DNA of 64,000 bases. It comes from Acidimicrobiia bacterium (GTDB lineage Bacteria > Actinomycetota > Acidimicrobiia > Spongiisociales > JAENVV01). A program made the position numbers and the translations under genes. The stretch covers positions 11,562 to 75,561 of the forward strand of contig JAGXFS010000140.1 in assembly GCA_024637275.1 (NCBI GenBank). Reading direction: 5' to 3'. Below the pieces are notes generated by a model, which searched no databases, was not told the origin of the DNA, and was given only the letters and a program-made list of their open reading frames with translations. Positions 59,286 through 64,000 of the stretch are shown piece after piece. Within the stretch, counting starts at the first letter, position 1. Each line of letters opens with the position of its first letter.

Positions 59286-60226
59286 CCGAGTCGTTTGTCG
59301 ATGACATTCTGTAACGGCTGCCCGACCCGATACCGGGCAAGGTTCTCGAGAAATAGCGCGGCGACCCGCTCGGCATAGTCGTCAAGATCGCCGGCATGGT
59401 GCGGCGTGATGATGACGTTCTCCATCTGCCACAGAAGTGAATCGGACTGCAGTGGCTCGGTTTCGAATACGTCGAGACCCGCTCCTGCTAGCTCGCCTCC
59501 GCTCAACGCCGCGACGAGGGCGGCTTCATCCACGCTTGCGCCCCGACCGATATTGACGAGCACGGCGCTCCGAGGCAGCTCGGCAAGCACGCCAGCATCG
59601 ATGATTTGTCTCGTGGATGGTGTCAACGGCGCCGCGACAACTAACCAGTCAGCTCGGGACAATTCCCGGTCCGCCCATGCGGTCACGCTGCCGAACTCAT
59701 CGTCGGGTCTCGTTGATGTGCCGATCAGGGTCACATCGACCCCGACCATACCGAGCAGCCGGGCAATGGCTCGTCCGATACCTCCGGCACCCAAGACCAC
59801 CGCCGCGGTGCCTCGCAGCGGCCTGACGGTTTGATACAGCCATGTTGACTCAAGTTGATTGCGGATTGCATCCGGTAGGCGTTTGGTATGGGCCAGCATC
59901 AACGCGAGGACGTGTTCGGCGATCGCCTCGTCATAAATACCCCCGGCATTGGTTACCAGCACATCGGAGTTCACGAGCTCCGGAAATAGCAAGGCGTCGA
60001 CGCCGGCCCCTGCCCATTGGATCCATCGAAGACCGGACGCTTCCTTCCACGCCTGGGGCAACATCTTGCCTTTGAAGTCAAATCCGAACAGGACCTCGGC
60101 GCCAGGGAGAGCTAGGCGAAGCTCGTCAACGGTACGGGCGAGTCGCACGTCGACCCCGTCCGGGATTCTCCCAAGGACTAATCCTGGCGTCGGACCTGAT
60201 TGAACGACGACGGTGATTGGTTCCAT
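59267..60226 (-). CDS. D-isomer-specific 2-hydroxyacid dehydrogenase (PGDH/glyoxylate reductase-like)
   Basis: 319 aa with NAD-binding GAGGIGRAIARLL and the catalytic R...E...H triad region (PHHAG). Confidence 0.8.
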   Translation of the reverse strand: MEPITVVVQSGPTPGLVLGRIPDGVDVRLARTVDELRLALPGAEVLFGFDFKGKMLPQAWKEASGLRWIQWAGAGVDALLFPELVNSDVLVTNAGGIYDEAIAEHVLALMLAHTKRLPDAIRNQLESTWLYQTVRPLRGTAAVVLGAGGIGRAIARLLGMVGVDVTLIGTSTRPDDEFGSVTAWADRELSRADWLVVAAPLTPSTRQIIDAGVLAELPRSAVLVNIGRGASVDEAALVAALSGGELAGAGLDVFETEPLQSDSLLWQMENVIITPHHAGDLDDYAERVAALFLENLARYRVGQPLQNVIDKRLGYRSSV

Positions 60227-60257
60227 TCGCAGAGCTTACGCACCACGCTGACGCCAC

Positions 60258-60890
60258 TTAGGGAGTTACGGTGATCGTCGCCGAGCCACTCATCGACTCC
60301 GCTCCGGTCGATGCCGTATAGGTCGCCGTGAACTTCACGACATAGTCGCCAGGAGCAGCGGAGGTTGTATCTACGAAGATCGCCGCGAAGTCTGTTTCAC
60401 CAGCGGTCAGCCGTGCGTCTCGCTGGAAGCTCGTTGAGCTGCGGTCCGACGGATACGAAATCAAGAGACCGGCCGCGTCATCGATCACCAGGGAGAAGTC
60501 TGACGTCGCGGGAGCGTGACCCGTAAAGGCCATGGATACCCATCCACTGGCATAGGCGGGAACGGCAGCATCCGTTGATACCTGCGAGAGCGCCTGGCCC
60601 GTGTAGATCACGACCGGTACTTTGACCTTCACCTTCTCGCTACGTGGTCTCCCATCGACCGCGTACGAAACCTCTAAGTCAAGCTTGACGTCTTTGCCAC
60701 GATATCCGGCCGGAACGGAAACCTTCATCGCCGAGAAGTCAATCTCGTCGACCAGAAGTTCGTGACCACCCATGAGGCCGGTCCAGGACCCCAAGTTGGC
60801 TGGATAGCTCACTGAAACTCCGTCCGTAAGCTTTGTCGCTATCACCTGGAAGTCGGTCACATCTTCAAAAGCCGTCCAGTTGAGAACCAA
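60258..60890 (-). CDS. Secreted beta-rich hypothetical protein. The N-terminus may be disrupted by a frameshift.
   Basis: 210-aa ORF with no signal peptide. A signal-peptide-like ORF (MKSFGRLLMALLVAVPTLLVQAS...) lies 140 nt upstream in another frame (ATG about 61028..61030), and the main reading frame remains open back to it. Confidence 0.35.
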   Translation of the reverse strand: MVLNWTAFEDVTDFQVIATKLTDGVSVSYPANLGSWTGLMGGHELLVDEIDFSAMKVSVPAGYRGKDVKLDLEVSYAVDGRPRSEKVKVKVPVVIYTGQALSQVSTDAAVPAYASGWVSMAFTGHAPATSDFSLVIDDAAGLLISYPSDRSSTSFQRDARLTAGETDFAAIFVDTTSAAPGDYVVKFTATYTASTGAESMSGSATITVTP

Positions 60891-61072
60891 CCAGGCATCT
60901 GCCCCGGCTGTAACCGCGGCGGTCGTTCTTGTCAGCAGATCGACTCCCGGATTGGCCCTCGCGACGCCTGGACAAGCAACGTTGGAACCGCGACCAGGAG
61001 TGCCATCAAGAGGCGACCAAAAGACTTCATGTAAGTTCTATCGACGGACGGACACCCAAAACTTGAATCAAG

Positions 61073-61504
61073 TCACGAACAATTGGCAATAAACAGGTCC
61101 AAAATCTGTTTCCTTGCGACGGCATTGTCGGTCAACCCGGCCTTGAATGTGTCGTAGTCGCCCCTGGCTAAACCGGTCTCGCCGAGCCTGGCATTGAGCG
61201 TCTCATCCACCGCTCCCGGAGAGTCGAATGTCTGGCGTTGCGCTTCACACAACCAGAGCGCTTCAAACTCGATGAGCTCGGCGTCAGGACCCGTCGCCCC
61301 GAGCTCCTCGGTAGTCGGGGCTGACTCAGGACTGTCGATCTCGGCGATCGACTCGAAGGTCGTGGACGTAATCACGGATGTTGTGGTGGGCGGCCCAATG
61401 GAAGCTGGCACGACAGTACCCGCTGGCTCGGCGGGAGCATTGTCAGTAGAAACGGGACCACCACAAGCCACGACGACCACGAGCAATAGCATGGCGAATC
61501 TCAT
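61073..61504 (-). CDS. Small lipoprotein of unknown function
   Basis: 143 aa. Signal peptide with lipobox LVVVVACGG, then a T/P-rich linker and a small acidic domain. Confidence 0.45.
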   Translation of the reverse strand: MRFAMLLLVVVVACGGPVSTDNAPAEPAGTVVPASIGPPTTTSVITSTTFESIAEIDSPESAPTTEELGATGPDAELIEFEALWLCEAQRQTFDSPGAVDETLNARLGETGLARGDYDTFKAGLTDNAVARKQILDLFIANCS

Positions 61505-61637
61505 CCAGTTGTATCGACCCCTCCGTTCGGCAGCTAAACGGGTTCTGCCTGAGACGTGGATTGGCTGCCGAACATCGCCGTCGGATGGGCTGTAGCATCC
61601 CGGGGATCATGAGCACTCGGCTGCGATATCACGGGCA

Positions 61638-62516
61638 ATGAATCATCGAACCCGAAGTATCTTGTCGTTTCTGGGGATTGTCGCCTCCCTTGCGGTCGTA
61701 TGGGAGGCGTACAAGTGGATGGGTCAGACCACGGGCGGCACATGGCCCTCCACATCCGTGCGACTGCCAGTCCGCACGAACAACCGCTCGATGCCCCACC
61801 TCTGGGACATCGCACAGTCCCTTTTCCAGCCCGCACGACGCGGTGGAGAAGATATTCTCCTGGTTATCTTGCTTCGCGCCGGTTGGTTCACTTTCCGATC
61901 TGCCGTGGGGGGATTCGTGGTTGGAAGCGCCTTCGGCTTCGGCCTGGGAATCCTTTTTGTCCGGTCATCCGTCGCTGAACGCGGACTCATGCCCTATGTC
62001 GTTGCCTCCCAAACCGTCCCGGTAATCGCTCTAGCGCCGATCCTGGTGATCTGGGGCGGCAAGCTTGGCCTCCCCCAGGCCGTACAGGTCGCCGTCATCG
62101 CTGCATACCTGGCGTTTTTTCCGGTCGCCATCAATACCCTGCGCGGTCTCCGCTCTCCGGCCGCAACAGCAACCGAGCTCCTCCGCTCGTACGCGGCAAG
62201 TCCCAGCCAACAGCTGTGGAAGCTGCAGGTGCCCGCTGCCTTGCCGTACTTGTTCCCGGCCTTGAAAATCGCTGCGACGGCCTCAATCATCGGGGCGATC
62301 GTGGGTGAGCTCCCGGCTGGCCTCTCCCGGGGCTTAGGGAGGGCCATCCTGGGCTTCGCGTCGTCGTTCTCCAGCGCACCCGAGAAGCTGTTTGCATCGG
62401 TGGCCGTTTCGGCTCTGGTTGGTATCTTGTTCGTAGGATTGGTCGCCCTGGTCGAACGATCAGTCGTCCCCGCCACCCGCCGGGTCACGGTTGACGCCGA
62501 ACGGCCGCTCGCATGA
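61638..62516 (+). CDS. ABC transporter permease (NitT/TauT nitrate/sulfonate/bicarbonate family)
   Basis: 292 aa with 6 TM helices and an EAA-like loop (ATELLRSYAASPSQQLWKLQVPAALPY). Confidence 0.8.
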   Translation: MNHRTRSILSFLGIVASLAVVWEAYKWMGQTTGGTWPSTSVRLPVRTNNRSMPHLWDIAQSLFQPARRGGEDILLVILLRAGWFTFRSAVGGFVVGSAFGFGLGILFVRSSVAERGLMPYVVASQTVPVIALAPILVIWGGKLGLPQAVQVAVIAAYLAFFPVAINTLRGLRSPAATATELLRSYAASPSQQLWKLQVPAALPYLFPALKIAATASIIGAIVGELPAGLSRGLGRAILGFASSFSSAPEKLFASVAVSALVGILFVGLVALVERSVVPATRRVTVDAERPLA

Positions 62517-63292
62517 CATCGACCATTTCGCTCGACAACGTATCGATGGTCTTCGGATCAGGTATCGACGCAGTCAAAGCGTTGGAGTCGATCGATCTTG
62601 ACGTCCAGCCGGGCGAGTTCGTGTCCCTGATTGGCCCATCCGGATGCGGTAAGTCAACCATGTTGCGGGTCATCGGTGACCTGATCTCACCGTCGGCCGG
62701 GACTCCGCAGGTGAACGGCAAAAGCCCGCATCAGGCCCGGTTGGATCGGGACTATGGAATGGTCTTTCAAAGTGCCACGCTCCTCGATTGGCGAACGGTA
62801 CTTGAAAACGTTGCACTGCCACTTGAGATCATGGGGATCGATCGACCCGAACGAGACGCCGTTGGCCGAAAGATGCTCGAGCTGGTTCAACTTGATGGGT
62901 TTGCCAGCCACTATCCGTGGCAGCTGTCGGGCGGGATGCAGCAACGAGTGTCAATCGCTCGGGCGTTGAGCTTCCAACCGTCCATTCTGTTGATGGATGA
63001 GCCGTTCGGCGCACTCGACGAGATGACCCGGGAACGAATGCAAATGGAATTGCTGAGAATCTGGGAAGAAACCGAAACCACTGTTCTGTTCGTCACGCAC
63101 AGCATCGCCGAAGCGGTGTTTCTTTCGACGAGGGTGATCGTGATGTCACCCCGACCCGGACGAATTGTCGACCGAATCGACGTTGATCTACCTCAACCAC
63201 GCGGGTTCGACACCCGCGAACACCAGCGCTTCTTCGAACTGATCACCAGGGTGCGCGAAGCCCTCCGGGCGATAGAAGACGAACCCGCATGA
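62513..63292 (+). CDS. ABC transporter ATP-binding protein (NitT/TauT family)
   Basis: Walker A GPSGCGKST, signature LSGGMQQRVSIARAL, Walker B LLMDEPFGALD and an H-loop. Coupled to both permease genes. Confidence 0.9.
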   Translation: MTSTISLDNVSMVFGSGIDAVKALESIDLDVQPGEFVSLIGPSGCGKSTMLRVIGDLISPSAGTPQVNGKSPHQARLDRDYGMVFQSATLLDWRTVLENVALPLEIMGIDRPERDAVGRKMLELVQLDGFASHYPWQLSGGMQQRVSIARALSFQPSILLMDEPFGALDEMTRERMQMELLRIWEETETTVLFVTHSIAEAVFLSTRVIVMSPRPGRIVDRIDVDLPQPRGFDTREHQRFFELITRVREALRAIEDEPA

Positions 63293-64000
63293 AGAACGTG
63301 CGGTCATATGGTCCAGCCATCGTGATCTTTGTGGGCGGGCTAGCCATCTGGGAACTCGTCGTGCGTCTCTTCAACATCCAGGGGTTCATCCTTCCCGCCC
63401 CGACGGCGATCCTGTCGGCCTTCGCTGCGGAGGCACCGACATTGTGGCGTGCGGGCCTGGCCACGTTCGTGTCAGCCGTATCAGGATTGGCGGTCGGGGC
63501 AACAGGTGGAGTTCTCGCAGGAATGGCCGCCTCTCGCTTCACGCTTATCCGCGAGGGTGCGATGCCGTTGGCGATCGCCGCCAACTCAACGCCCATCATT
63601 GTGCTCGCTCCCGTTGCCAACGCCTGGTTCGGACTGACGAGTCCGATCGGCACGGTGGTGGTCGTAGCGGTGCTCGTCTTCTTTCCGGTGATGATCAACC
63701 TCGTCCGGGGACTGTTATCGGCCGAGGCTCAAGAACTGGAGCTGATGGCAAGCTACGCCGCCACCAGAGGAACAGTTTTACGCAAGCTCCGCCTTCCGGG
63801 CGCTCTCCCCTACTTCTTCTCGGCCATGAAGATCGCCTCAGCTCTGGCGCTCATTGGAGCCATCATCAAAGAGTATTTCGGAGGACCACAAGAGCGGCTG
63901 GGCCAATACATCACGCTCAAGGCTGGTTTGTTTCAGTTCGAAGAGGCATGGGCGGCAATCCTCCTCGCTTCGGCCTTCGGCATCGGGATGTATGGTCTGA
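63289..64000 (+). CDS. Second ABC transporter permease (NitT/TauT family), 3' end beyond the window
   Basis: The ATG at 63289 overlaps the ATPase stop. MKNVRSYGPAIVIFVGGLAIWELV... has TM helices and an EAA-like motif (ELELMASYAATRGTVLRKLRLPGALPY). There is no stop before the window end. Confidence 0.75.
   Translation, partial: MKNVRSYGPAIVIFVGGLAIWELVVRLFNIQGFILPAPTAILSAFAAEAPTLWRAGLATFVSAVSGLAVGATGGVLAGMAASRFTLIREGAMPLAIAANSTPIIVLAPVANAWFGLTSPIGTVVVVAVLVFFPVMINLVRGLLSAEAQELELMASYAATRGTVLRKLRLPGALPYFFSAMKIASALALIGAIIKEYFGGPQERLGQYITLKAGLFQFEEAWAAILLASAFGIGMYGL

Noticed and set aside
61073-64000. Whether the 143-aa lipoprotein upstream of the NitT/TauT ABC genes is the substrate-binding protein
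   Set aside because: It is far too small for an SsuA/TauA-type SBP (about 300+ aa) and is on the opposite strand. The SBP gene is probably beyond the window end or elsewhere.

Overview
This 64-kb window is high-GC, gene-dense chromosomal DNA with an actinobacterial-type conserved backbone, most likely from an Acidimicrobiia-like or other Actinomycetota genome. Almost every housekeeping gene is on the minus strand in an order that mirrors Mycobacterium/Corynebacteriales: nusB-efp-aroB-aroC ... aroE-mltG-ruvX-alaS-rarA-aspS-hisS-MBL hydrolase ... relA-apt-secF-secD-yajC-tgt-queA-ruvBAC-yebC-pdxT-pdxS-DUF3048-pimA-PIM acyltransferase-pgsA, then gltA on the plus strand, then thrS. Two pilus-related insertions sit in this backbone. 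(1) A complete secretin-less type IVa pilus locus of the monoderm kind at 3.7-14.5 kb, between aroC and aroE. Its order is DUF4388 protein, pilB, pilT, pilC, pilin, terminator, a second pilin carrying an in-frame amber codon, pilD, pilM, pilN, pilO and a PilP-like gene. (2) A separate three-gene prepilin module at 24.6-28.8 kb, between relA and the MBL hydrolase gene. It encodes a 687-aa and a 211-aa protein that each carry a class III signal peptide, plus a 500-aa PilX/TadG-like protein, and ends in a strong hairpin terminator that overlaps the MBL start. The last 16 kb (48.5-64 kb) is an accessory-looking mosaic with mixed strand orientation. It holds an APH-like protein that appears to have Asn in place of the catalytic Asp, a zinc-ribbon mini-protein, a patatin phospholipase, an M15 peptidase lipoprotein, a secreted trypsin-like protease, a SodC-like protein translationally coupled to a membrane protein, an ECF sigma/anti-sigma pair, a 2-hydroxyacid dehydrogenase and a NitT/TauT-type ABC importer. 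I found no rRNA, tRNA, CRISPR array, transposase or integrase. All calls rest on reading the translated ORFs by eye and no database search was possible. Some coordinates, especially internal start codons, carry an uncertainty of a few nucleotides.
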